From NCBI GenBank assembly GCA_045600105.1, contig JAZRXG010000041.1, positions 43,081 through 107,080 of the forward strand: DNA of 64,000 nt, in the 5' to 3' direction. Positions 16,680 to 25,206 of this stretch are shown here, one piece after another. The notes beneath the pieces are model-generated. The model was not told where the DNA came from, ran no database searches, and worked only from the letters and a program-made list of their open reading frames with translations. Each line of letters starts with the position of its first letter. Position 1 is the first letter of the stretch. Made by a program: the position numbers and the translations under genes. The DNA is from Eubacteriales bacterium. GTDB lineage: Bacteria > Bacillota > Clostridia > Oscillospirales > CAG-382.

Positions 16680-17938
16680 CAGTCAACAAGCACCGGCGCG
16701 TGGGTCTCACTGCGCGGCAGACCGTATTTATCCAGCGCATCGAGGAACGGGTCGGGATCAAATTCCTCTACCGTATGCACGCCGACGGTGTTCCATTTTC
16801 CGGTAAGCAGCATCAGCGCGCCGCACATTGCGGGAACGCCGGTGGTGTAGGAAATGGCCTGAGAGCCGACTTCACGGTAGCATTCCTGATGGTCGCAGAC
16901 ATTGTAGATGTAATAGGTCTTGTCTTCATCGTTCTTTTTACCGGTAAAGATGCAGCCGATGTTGGTTTTGCCGTGAGTACGGGGTCCGAGGCTTGCCGGA
17001 TCGGGCAGGAGCGCTTTGAGGAATTGAATGGGAACTATTTCTCTGCCTTCGAACATCACGGGAGCGGTGGAAAGCATCCCGACGTTTTCAAGACACTTCA
17101 TGTGCGTCAGATAGCTCTGACCGAAGGTCATAAAGAAGCGGATGCGCTTTACCTCCGGAATATTCAGCGCGATCGACTCGATCTCCTCATGGTGGAGCAG
17201 ATACATATCCTTCTGCCCGACCTGATCGAACTCATATTCGCGCTTGATGGACATTGCCGGGATCTCGACCCAGTGACCGTCTTCCCAGTAGCTGCCCGGA
17301 GCGCTGACTTCGCGGAGATTGATTTCGGGATTGAAGTTCGTGGCAAAGGGATAACCGTGGTCACCGCCGTTGCAGTCGAGAATATCAATGGTATCAATGG
17401 AATCAAATTCATGCTTTTTTGCATATGCGCAGTACGCCTGAGTGACGCCGGGATCGAAACCGCAGCCAAGCAGGGCAACCAGCCCGGCTTTTTCGAACTT
17501 TTCACGATATGCCCACTGCCAGGAATAATCGAAATAAGCCGAGAATCCTGCCTCTTTGCAGCGCTTTTCATATATTGCGCGCCATTCCGGATCGTCGGTG
17601 TTTTCCGGCTCGTAGTTTGCAGTATCCATATAGTTGACACCGCAGATCAGGCAGGCGTCCATGATGGTCAGATCCTGATACGGAAGGGCGATGTTCATAA
17701 CAAGGTCGGGCTGATAGTTTCTGATGAGTGCGACAAGTTCATCTACATTGTCCGCATCGACCTGTGCGGTGGTTATTCTGGTAGAAGTTTCAGGGGCGAG
17801 CTTTGCTGCCAGCGCGTCGCATTTGGATTTGGTACGGGAAGCGATGCAAAGCTCCGTGAAGACCTCGCTGACTTGGCAGCACTTGGTAATGGCGACAGAT
17901 GCAACGCCGCCGCAGCCGATAACTAATACTCTGCTCAT
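16679..17938 (-). CDS. Saccharopine-dehydrogenase-family carboxynorspermidine/carboxyspermidine synthase (dehydrogenase)
   Basis: 419 aa. Rossmann start VLVIGCGGVASV. Length and its position immediately upstream of the decarboxylase fit the CASDH/CANSDH pairing. Confidence 0.85.
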   Translation of the reverse strand: MSRVLVIGCGGVASVAITKCCQVSEVFTELCIASRTKSKCDALAAKLAPETSTRITTAQVDADNVDELVALIRNYQPDLVMNIALPYQDLTIMDACLICGVNYMDTANYEPENTDDPEWRAIYEKRCKEAGFSAYFDYSWQWAYREKFEKAGLVALLGCGFDPGVTQAYCAYAKKHEFDSIDTIDILDCNGGDHGYPFATNFNPEINLREVSAPGSYWEDGHWVEIPAMSIKREYEFDQVGQKDMYLLHHEEIESIALNIPEVKRIRFFMTFGQSYLTHMKCLENVGMLSTAPVMFEGREIVPIQFLKALLPDPASLGPRTHGKTNIGCIFTGKKNDEDKTYYIYNVCDHQECYREVGSQAISYTTGVPAMCGALMLLTGKWNTVGVHTVEEFDPDPFLDALDKYGLPRSETHAPVLVD

Positions 17939-17954
17939 GTTTATGTCTCCTTTT

Positions 17955-18818
17955 TTAATGTTTCAATAATGCCAATAGCAGTTCCCGCAATACTTTGCAG
18001 GCAGCGGCTGTCGATGTGCCGGAGCTGTCAAGCATGGGGGCTAATTCATTGATATCCGCGCCGACAATGCGGCAGGCGGCTGTTGTCCGAATCGCATCCA
18101 ATAGCTGCAGAAAAGTGATTCCTCCCGCTTCCGGTGTTCCGGTTCCGGGAAAAACGGATGGATCAAGACAATCCAGATCAATTGAAAAATATACGGGTGC
18201 GTCCGCTTTCCGAAGCTCCTCTGCTGTTTCATTCAGACCGTCCAATGTCAGCGGGTGCATATCGGTATGCTCTTTCGCAAAACGGAATTCGTCCCGCTCG
18301 CCGCTTCGGATGCAGAACTGATGGATGCGTCCGTCTCCCAAAAGATCGTGACAGCGGCGCATAACGCAGGCATGGCTGAGCTTTGCACCGAGATATTCGC
18401 TGCGCAGATCGGCGTGTGCGTCAAAATGGATGATGTGAAGATCAGGGTATTTTTTCAGTACCGCACGGACGCTGCCAAGTGTCACAAGATGCTCGCCGCC
18501 GATCAGAAGCGGCAGCTTCCCGTCCGCTAAGATCGTTTGTGCCCGTTCTTCGATCGCGTCGAGCGCACATTCAGGGCTTCCGAAGGAAAGCTCCAGATCT
18601 CCGCTGTCAAAAACGGCATGATCCGTCAGGTCAGCATCCTGATAGGGGCTGTAGGTTTCCAGTCCGAAGCTCTCGTGCCGGATTGCAGCAGGACCGAAAC
18701 GCGCTCCGGGACGAAAAGATGTGGTGGAATCAAACGGTGCTCCGAAGAGGACGATATCCGCATTTTCGTAGGTGCTGTCACACCCGATAAAGGTCTCGAT
18801 ATTAGGCTGCAAGGGCAT
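17955..18818 (-). CDS. speB: Agmatinase / ureohydrolase family protein
   Basis: The ORF track extends to 18926. I prefer the Met at 18818 (MPLQPNIETFIG...), which overlaps the speE stop by 1 nt (TGATG). Mn-binding motifs HFDAHADL, SIDLDCLDP and GGITF are typical of arginase-fold enzymes. Confidence 0.88.
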   Translation of the reverse strand: MPLQPNIETFIGCDSTYENADIVLFGAPFDSTTSFRPGARFGPAAIRHESFGLETYSPYQDADLTDHAVFDSGDLELSFGSPECALDAIEERAQTILADGKLPLLIGGEHLVTLGSVRAVLKKYPDLHIIHFDAHADLRSEYLGAKLSHACVMRRCHDLLGDGRIHQFCIRSGERDEFRFAKEHTDMHPLTLDGLNETAEELRKADAPVYFSIDLDCLDPSVFPGTGTPEAGGITFLQLLDAIRTTAACRIVGADINELAPMLDSSGTSTAAACKVLRELLLALLKH

Positions 18819-19678
18819 CAGTTTTCCACCTCCATGAGCATTTCCTCCAAAAACGCGGGGAGCGCAAACGCGCCGATATGAAGACGCGGCGTATAATAAC
18901 GGGTATGCAGATTCAATTTCAGCCATTCTTCCGCATTAACGTCGTTGGTCGGATGATACTTTTTGCTTGCAAATCCGAAAAGCCAGTACCCTGCTGCGTA
19001 GGTCGGAATATGTGCCTGATAGACCTTACTGATCGGGAAGGTTTCCACGATCCGCTTGTGGCTGCGCTTCATGGCTTCGGCATCGTGCGTATAAAAAGGG
19101 CTGCCCTGCTGATTGACCATGATGCCGTCCGCTTTCAGCGCATTATAACAGCTTCCGTAAAATTCTTTTGTGAAAAGCCCCTCTGACGGACCGAAAGGGT
19201 CGGTGGAATCCACGATGATCAGATCGTATTCGCCTTCGCATCTTCGTATAAAGCGAAGCGCATTTTCAAAATAGATGTGAACTCTTCTGTCATCCATCCG
19301 GCAGGCGTTTCCCGGCAGAAATTCACGGCACGCTTCAACAACCTGCGGGTCCATTTCAACCAAATCAATGCGCTTGACACGATCATAGCGCGTCAGTTCC
19401 CGGACAACGCCGCCGTCTCCGGCACCGATGACCAGAATATCCCGAATCCCCGTGTGAACGGACATGGGAACGTGCGTGATCATCTCGTCATATATGAATT
19501 CATCACGTTCGGTAAGCTGTACATTTCCGTCAAGTGCGAGTACACGACCGTATTCCGGCGTCTCAAAAATATCGATCTGTTGGAAATCACTTTTTTTCGC
19601 GTAAAGATGTCTGGCAACACGGATCGAATGCTTGACATCGGGTGTATGAAATTCACTGAACCACATTTCCATAGCCAT
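18818..19678 (-). CDS. speE: Spermidine synthase-like aminopropyltransferase
   Basis: 286 aa. MWFSEFHT start, the LDGNVQLTERDEFIYDEM motif and GDGGVVRE AdoMet-fold motifs are typical of SpeE. Confidence 0.92.
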   Translation of the reverse strand: MAMEMWFSEFHTPDVKHSIRVARHLYAKKSDFQQIDIFETPEYGRVLALDGNVQLTERDEFIYDEMITHVPMSVHTGIRDILVIGAGDGGVVRELTRYDRVKRIDLVEMDPQVVEACREFLPGNACRMDDRRVHIYFENALRFIRRCEGEYDLIIVDSTDPFGPSEGLFTKEFYGSCYNALKADGIMVNQQGSPFYTHDAEAMKRSHKRIVETFPISKVYQAHIPTYAAGYWLFGFASKKYHPTNDVNAEEWLKLNLHTRYYTPRLHIGAFALPAFLEEMLMEVEN

Positions 19679-19683
19679 TTCTC

Positions 19684-21138
19684 CTATTTCAACACATTCA
19701 GACGAAGAATCGAGGGGTCTTCGGGGCCTGTCATGCTGCAGCCCTTGCTTTTTGCATATTCAATATAATCCAGAATTTCTCCGGTGATCCGCTCACCCGG
19801 CGCAAGGATCGGTATTCCGGGAGGATAACACATAACGAATTCACTGCAGACCTGTCCCTCCGTTTCACGAAGAGGAAGACTGACTTTTTCGGCATAGAAC
19901 GCCTCCTGCGGAGACATGACAACGATCGGGTCGATATATTCCTGGGAGAGCAGTCCGGAACCGTCCTTTTGAAAACGTCTGCGGATTTCCGCAAGAGCGC
20001 TGACAAGCCGTTCAAGCTCCTGCGGGCGGTCCCCGATGGAAAGATACGCGAGAATATTGCCGATGTCACCAAATTCGATCTGAATGTCGTATTCATCACG
20101 CAGAAGATCATAGACCTCAATCCCCGCAAGTCCGATATCCAGCGTATGAACCGAAAGCTTTGTTGCGTCGAAATCAAATACGGAATCGCCGTTTCGTAAT
20201 TCACGCCCAAACGCATAATATCCGCCGATCGCGTTGATTTCTTCGCGTGCATATTCCGCCATATCCGCGACCTGATGAAATACCTTCTTTCCGCGCAGAG
20301 CAAGATTTCTTCGTGAGATATCCAAACTGCTCATCAAAAGATAACTGCCGGATGTGGTCTGTGTCAGGTTAATAATCTGTCGGACATAACCTTCGTTGAC
20401 ATTGGGTCCGATCAGAAGCAGGCTGGATTGTGTAAGACTGCCTCCGCTTTTGTGCATTGAAACAGACGCCATATCCGCACCGGCTTCCATAGCGGACATC
20501 GGGAGACCGTTTCCGAAATAAAAATGCGTTCCGTGCGCTTCATCTGCGAGACAAAGCATTCCGGCTTCGTGCGCCATTTTTACGATTGCCCGTATATCGG
20601 AGCAGATTCCGTAATAAGTAGGGTTGTTTACCAAGACCGCAACGGCACCGGGATGTTCACTGATAGCTTTTTGCACGGCCTCACGCGTCATTCCGAGTGA
20701 AATGCCGAGTCTCTGATCAACTTCGGGATTTACATAGACAGGGACGGCACCGCACAGAACAAGCGCATTGATCACGCTCCTATGAACATTTCGTGGCATG
20801 ATGATCTCATCGCCGCGTTTACAGGCAGTCAGCACCATGCCCTGAACCGAGCTTGTCGTGCCGCCCACCATCAGAAATGCATGGGAAGCGCCGAAAGCCT
20901 GTGCCGCAAGTTCCTCTGCTTCTCTGATCACCGAAACGGGGTGACAGAGATTGTCAAGCGGTTTCATGCTGTTGACATCGACTTCAAGACATTGCTGCCC
21001 CAAAAAAGCAGTCAGCTCCGGATTTCCCCTCCCGTGCTTATGTCCCGGTACGTCGAACGGTACGACGCGCATATTCCTGAATTTCTGTAATGCTTCAAAA
21101 ATCGGTGCACGCCGCTGATCCAGTCTGGTATCTTTCAT
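19684..21138 (-). CDS. speA: Orn/Lys/Arg decarboxylase family PLP enzyme (Bacillus SpeA-type arginine decarboxylase-like)
   Basis: The ORF track starts at 21222. I prefer ATG at 21138 (MKDTRLDQRR...) with GGAAGGAG RBS. FDVPGHKHG and SMHKSGGSL (PLP lysine) motifs are present. Confidence 0.85.
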   Translation of the reverse strand: MKDTRLDQRRAPIFEALQKFRNMRVVPFDVPGHKHGRGNPELTAFLGQQCLEVDVNSMKPLDNLCHPVSVIREAEELAAQAFGASHAFLMVGGTTSSVQGMVLTACKRGDEIIMPRNVHRSVINALVLCGAVPVYVNPEVDQRLGISLGMTREAVQKAISEHPGAVAVLVNNPTYYGICSDIRAIVKMAHEAGMLCLADEAHGTHFYFGNGLPMSAMEAGADMASVSMHKSGGSLTQSSLLLIGPNVNEGYVRQIINLTQTTSGSYLLMSSLDISRRNLALRGKKVFHQVADMAEYAREEINAIGGYYAFGRELRNGDSVFDFDATKLSVHTLDIGLAGIEVYDLLRDEYDIQIEFGDIGNILAYLSIGDRPQELERLVSALAEIRRRFQKDGSGLLSQEYIDPIVVMSPQEAFYAEKVSLPLRETEGQVCSEFVMCYPPGIPILAPGERITGEILDYIEYAKSKGCSMTGPEDPSILRLNVLK

Positions 21139-21157
21139 AATTTCTCCTTCCGTATAA

Positions 21158-21192
21158 CAAAAAAACCCAGTCTGCATAAAGCACAGACTGCG
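21158..21192 (-). terminator. Intrinsic terminator inside the 5' leader of the polyamine operon (attenuator candidate)
   Basis: The minus strand reads CAGTCTG-TGCTTTATG-CAGACTG followed by GGTTTTTTT. It ends about 20 nt upstream of the speA-like RBS. Confidence 0.6.
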
Positions 21193-21496
21193 TGTATCAA
21201 CTACAAAACACACTCCCACCATAATAATATGGGAGACTTTCGTATTGTACGGGATTTTCAGAGTCTATATAGCAATAACTTTTACTACTCTTATTGACCG
21301 TTTCACAAGTTTGTGCTTTTAACACCGGTTTTAAGTAACCAACTCATAAAATTTGCGCTTCTAACGCAATCAACAAGGCATTACGCCATTCGGCATTGGA
21401 CCCGGCTGTCCGTATGGCCTCGATCCTCAAGGAGGATGGTCCGTGAAATTGCTTGAATAGATACTCGCATATAACCCGTATCGATTTTCTATTCCT
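21193..21496 (-). promoter_or_regulatory. Long structured 5' leader of the polyamine operon (unassigned cis-regulatory RNA candidate)
   Basis: About 300 nt lie between the predicted TSS and the leader terminator with no credible CDS. Several local hairpins are present (ATCCTC/GAGGAT, TTGCG/CGCAA, CAATAA/TTATTG, CTCCCA/TGGGAG). Confidence 0.4.
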
Positions 21497-21502
21497 GTGA
21501 AT

Positions 21503-21531
21503 ATAATATCATATATCTCGATTCTTGTCAA
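21503..21531 (-). promoter_or_regulatory. Sigma-A type promoter of the polyamine operon
   Basis: On the minus strand: TTGACA (21531-21526), 17-nt spacer, TATTAT (21508-21503). Confidence 0.55.
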
Positions 21532-21587
21532 TGGTTTTTGAATAATATCTGATTTATGATGAATAAATATTTTTTATAATTTAGCGG

Positions 21588-23906
21588 TCACTGCCCGACG
21601 TACCGGCCCGCGCTGTAACGGACCGTTTTGGCTTCGCCGTAGAAAACAGCGGTCTCGGTTTCGACGATGGGGGTCAGTTCAAACGTGATCTCTCCGACAT
21701 CCGCGGGAAGTCCGTCCACGGTCAGAGCGCAGAGATAACTTCCGAACAGATCCTCCGGCGTTACGGATCCCATCTGTCCGTTTTCACTGGCGGCGTTGAT
21801 GCTCTTGTAGAGACTCAGATCGTATTTTGTTTCGCTGAATTCAACTTTTTCCGTTCCGTTCATATAGGAATATCTGAGTTTATAACCGATCTTGGTATAA
21901 TTTGCGGTATTCAGCGCGATTATGAAACGTACGCGGTATGTTCCGTCTTCGGGTTCGGTATTCTGAACGCCGCGGAGAACGGGAGACGCGATAACGGGAG
22001 CGTTCTGTTCATTCAAAGTAAATTTCATATCAGGGAACATACTTTCGAGAAGTGCGACGGAAGATTCGGGAGAAACCGCGGCAGTTTCTCCGACGCCTTT
22101 ACTGTTTCCCGCGCTTTCCGGGGCGATATATTCAAGGCTTTCCGCTGAAGCGAATTCCTTCGATCCCGTTCCGGCGAAGGGACCGACGTTTGCCGCCGTA
22201 CCAATAATATTGCCGAACGCGAAACTGTTCTTGACTTTCATTGTCTCGACGTTCACAACACCTACGAAACCGCCGATATTGCTCGATCCGCTCAGAGTTC
22301 CGATATTTGCGGAATCCTCAACGGTCACCTGCGCGTTCGTCCAGCCGAAGAAACCTCCGGTGTGAGAGAAGCCGTTCAGCGAGCCGGTGTTCAGGAAAGA
22401 TCTCAGTTTGATGTTTCCGCCTCCGGTACCGACCGCGCCTCCCGTGGTCGCGCTGTTCATTTTTCCGTGGTTCGCACAGTTTTCGATATTCAGATTCCCG
22501 CCGGTGCTTCCGACTATTCCTCCGCCGTTGTTCTTAACGCGGGAAATCGTTCCGAAATTCACGCAGTTTCGGATCGCGGCGCCCGCTTCGGTCTGTCCGA
22601 CGATACCGCCGAGATGATTTCCCGCCGAAACCGCACCGTAGTTTATATCGTTTTCAAGGATGGGGGACTTGCTCCAGAAGTTGCCCGCGATACCGCCGAT
22701 CCTCGTATTCGTTACGTCGGCTTTTCCGGATACCGGAGCGTAGTTGACGCAGTTCACGACTTTCGGGCCGGCAGTGGATCTTCCGAGTATCCCGCCGCAG
22801 CAGGTCTCGGAGCCGACGATGTTTCCGTGGTTTTCACATCCGTCAAAAGTCAAAGTCAAAGAATTGCATTTGCCGTCGTCCAGACCGTAAATGCCGCCGA
22901 CGCCCTGATAAATATTCGGATCCGTCAGCGAAACGGTACCGAAGTTCGCGCAGGAGGTGAACGTGATCTTCGCGTCTGCGTTCTCATTGGCGTTCTGGCA
23001 GCCGTAGATACCGCCTGCCGCAGACTTTGCTTTTACGCTGCCGCAGTTGACACAGTCGGAAAAATCTCTGACGACGCCGGAGCTTATCTTTGCGTAACCG
23101 ACGATACCGCCCGCGTTGTGGGCGGCGGAAGTGATAAGCGCGTTATTCGTAAAGCCCGAAACCGTGCAGGAGCCCTGCATCTCGCCCACGAAGCCCGAAG
23201 CGCTTCCGTTTGCATCTACAGTCCCCGCGAAAGAACAGTCGGCAGCGTTTATCACGCCGGTCGCTTTGAGTATCCCCGCAAAGGGAGCGGCTGCTCCCGA
23301 CGCGGATTGCGTAATGACCGCGTCAACCGTGCATCCTGTAAAAGTATGTTTTCCGCTCATAGCGGAGAAGACGGCACCTGAATAACATTCGGTGCTGCCG
23401 GTGGAGGTGACAGACGCGTAAAAATGAACGTTTGTCCAGGTCACGACATTGTTTTTCGTATCGTTCGCAAAGATCGAGCACCCCTGTTCGCTTGTCACGG
23501 CGATGGGAGAAGCTTTGCTCCCGAAGGTGAGATTCTTTATCTCGATCCCGGTCCCCGAATCGGAGAAAGCAAACAGCGCGGCTCCCGAGGAGCCTTTGAG
23601 TCCGAGGATCGAATGACCGTTTCCGTCGATGGTCGTACCGCCGGCAATGGTCAGTACGGTTTCGGTCTGAGCTTCGTCGGAAAAGGAAATATCATTTGCG
23701 AGAATATATTTTCCCGAAGAAGTCGCCCCCTTCAGATCGGATGCGGAACGAATGATCGTCCACGTGTCCGATCCGATCGTCATCGTACTGCCGCTTTCCG
23801 GAATATCGGCAGGCGAAGCATCGACCGGGACGTTGGAAAAGGTAAAGGAAAATGCCAGCACAAGGATCAGAAATGCGGAGACAGTCTTTTTCATATTATT
23901 CACCAT
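21588..23906 (-). CDS. Secreted surface protein with about 10 GLUG-like (GGIVG/GGFVG) repeats, probable beta-helix
   Basis: 772 aa with a signal peptide (KKTVSAFLILVLAFSF). Recurrent GGIVG, GGIYG, GGILG, GGIAG, GGFFG and GGFVG motifs at roughly regular spacing. The start may be the internal MKK at 23894. Confidence 0.7.
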   Translation of the reverse strand: MVNNMKKTVSAFLILVLAFSFTFSNVPVDASPADIPESGSTMTIGSDTWTIIRSASDLKGATSSGKYILANDISFSDEAQTETVLTIAGGTTIDGNGHSILGLKGSSGAALFAFSDSGTGIEIKNLTFGSKASPIAVTSEQGCSIFANDTKNNVVTWTNVHFYASVTSTGSTECYSGAVFSAMSGKHTFTGCTVDAVITQSASGAAAPFAGILKATGVINAADCSFAGTVDANGSASGFVGEMQGSCTVSGFTNNALITSAAHNAGGIVGYAKISSGVVRDFSDCVNCGSVKAKSAAGGIYGCQNANENADAKITFTSCANFGTVSLTDPNIYQGVGGIYGLDDGKCNSLTLTFDGCENHGNIVGSETCCGGILGRSTAGPKVVNCVNYAPVSGKADVTNTRIGGIAGNFWSKSPILENDINYGAVSAGNHLGGIVGQTEAGAAIRNCVNFGTISRVKNNGGGIVGSTGGNLNIENCANHGKMNSATTGGAVGTGGGNIKLRSFLNTGSLNGFSHTGGFFGWTNAQVTVEDSANIGTLSGSSNIGGFVGVVNVETMKVKNSFAFGNIIGTAANVGPFAGTGSKEFASAESLEYIAPESAGNSKGVGETAAVSPESSVALLESMFPDMKFTLNEQNAPVIASPVLRGVQNTEPEDGTYRVRFIIALNTANYTKIGYKLRYSYMNGTEKVEFSETKYDLSLYKSINAASENGQMGSVTPEDLFGSYLCALTVDGLPADVGEITFELTPIVETETAVFYGEAKTVRYSAGRYVGQ

Positions 23907-23912
23907 AGCGTA

Positions 23913-24929
23913 TCAGTATATGGGATGCACGGGACCGAATCCCGTTTCATCATCGGTTTTATAGTTGATCCCTCCGGATTCTTCCGCTAACATCTCTGCC
24001 CAGTTTCTCGCTTTCCCGCTCACGGACGATTTCAGCGTGATCTCGCAGTAGACCGCGGGATGGTCGGAAGGCATGGTTCCGTTTATCTCGTCTTTCACGT
24101 ATACCCAGTTTGAAGCGGCGCAGGTATCGGGGGTATAGAATACCCAGTCGATATTGCCTACGCTGTGTCCCGCGTATACGAACTTGCATCTTGTCAGAAA
24201 TTCCAGACCTTCCTCGGTGATTCCCGAGTTCATATCTCCGGCGAAGATCATCGCGTCGTTCGGATACAGTTCGTTGAGTATCTCGACGATCTTGACGATC
24301 TCGCGTTTTCTGATGGAATGATGCGCCGTATCCAGATGGTTATTGACCGCAACGAACGTCTTCCCCGTGGTATTATCCTTCATCTTTGCGTAAGTAAGGA
24401 TCCTGTAATAATCCGCTTCGGCGAATTTGGAAACCGTGTCGGGAGTGTCGGAGAGCCACTTGGTACCCCACTCGATCACTTCGTATCGGTCTTTTGCGTA
24501 AAGGATGGGCTGGAAGGAGTTCGCGCCTCTGGCGCCCTCGGCATCGTTATTGACACCGTGACGCTCCAGACCGTAAACAAATCCGTAATGCTCGGAAAGA
24601 TTCGCTTCAAGCCTTGTCATCCAATCTTCTGCGGGTTCCTGCAGAAAAACTATATCCGGCATATAAGACCCGATAAGCTGCGATACTGCGGCGGTCCTTT
24701 CTTCGGTCACGTCAAACCCGTTGATGTTATAACTCATCACCGATATTTTTTCGGCTTCCGATTCGTCATTTTCGTCTTCGGATACGGTTATTTCGGCTTC
24801 AGACTCATAGGACGAGGCTTCAGCCTCGGATCCCGCGGGTTCGGGATCGGGCGTGGTCGAGCAGGAGCCCATAAGGAGAGCCGTCAGCATAAATGCAAGG
24901 GCAAGACACAGAAAATTAGTTTTCCTCAT
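23913..24929 (-). CDS. EEP-family lipoprotein
   Basis: Lipobox LLMGSCS and an acidic Ser/Glu linker. SYNINGF, LQEP, GDMNS and SDHPAV motifs fit the EEP fold. I prefer ATG at 24929; the ORF track uses GTG at 24935. Confidence 0.8.
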   Translation of the reverse strand: MRKTNFLCLALAFMLTALLMGSCSTTPDPEPAGSEAEASSYESEAEITVSEDENDESEAEKISVMSYNINGFDVTEERTAAVSQLIGSYMPDIVFLQEPAEDWMTRLEANLSEHYGFVYGLERHGVNNDAEGARGANSFQPILYAKDRYEVIEWGTKWLSDTPDTVSKFAEADYYRILTYAKMKDNTTGKTFVAVNNHLDTAHHSIRKREIVKIVEILNELYPNDAMIFAGDMNSGITEEGLEFLTRCKFVYAGHSVGNIDWVFYTPDTCAASNWVYVKDEINGTMPSDHPAVYCEITLKSSVSGKARNWAEMLAEESGGINYKTDDETGFGPVHPIY

Positions 24930-25110
24930 TTTCACTTTTTCCTTTGATTAGGGATTGGCTGCATTGAAAAGCGGGTAACGCAGCAACCGTACGCATTACA
25001 CCCGTATACGGAAATCAGCTGTTCACATATCCGTCAGCGTCATTCTAACATCGCAAAAAAGCGTTGTCAATAGGGGGTAAGATATTTAGCCGGAAAATAA
25101 GTGAAAGGGC

Positions 25111-25139
25111 TTGAAATAATCTTGTGAATATATTATAAT
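25111..25139 (+). promoter_or_regulatory. Sigma-A type promoter for the GH2 gene
   Basis: TTGAAA (25111-25116), 17-nt spacer, TATAAT (25134-25139). Confidence 0.55.
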
Positions 25140-25206
25140 CCGAGAAAAGAAAATCACAAAACCCTGTAACGACGCTTTCGGAAATCACTCTATACAAAAA
25201 GGAGAA

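Noticed and set aside
16424-17926. 500-aa ORF antisense to the carboxynorspermidine dehydrogenase/decarboxylase genes
   Set aside because: It spans a gene junction on the opposite strand, with no RBS and no family resemblance. The sense genes have clear homolog-like motifs.
17955-18926. N-terminal extensions in the ORF track: speB to 18926, speA-like to 21222, trpS to 62529, pduL from 62428, dGTPase-like from 28462, MBL from 36486, rlmB to 48610, lipoprotein to 14807
   Set aside because: In each case an internal Met has a proper RBS or translational coupling and matches the expected protein N-terminus. The extension instead overlaps an upstream gene or promoter. I therefore reported the shorter coordinates.
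21381-21470. 29-codon Arg-rich uORF in the polyamine leader as a real leader peptide
   Set aside because: No Shine-Dalgarno lies within range of its ATG and there is no conservation evidence. It is kept only as an alternative hypothesis under the leader finding.
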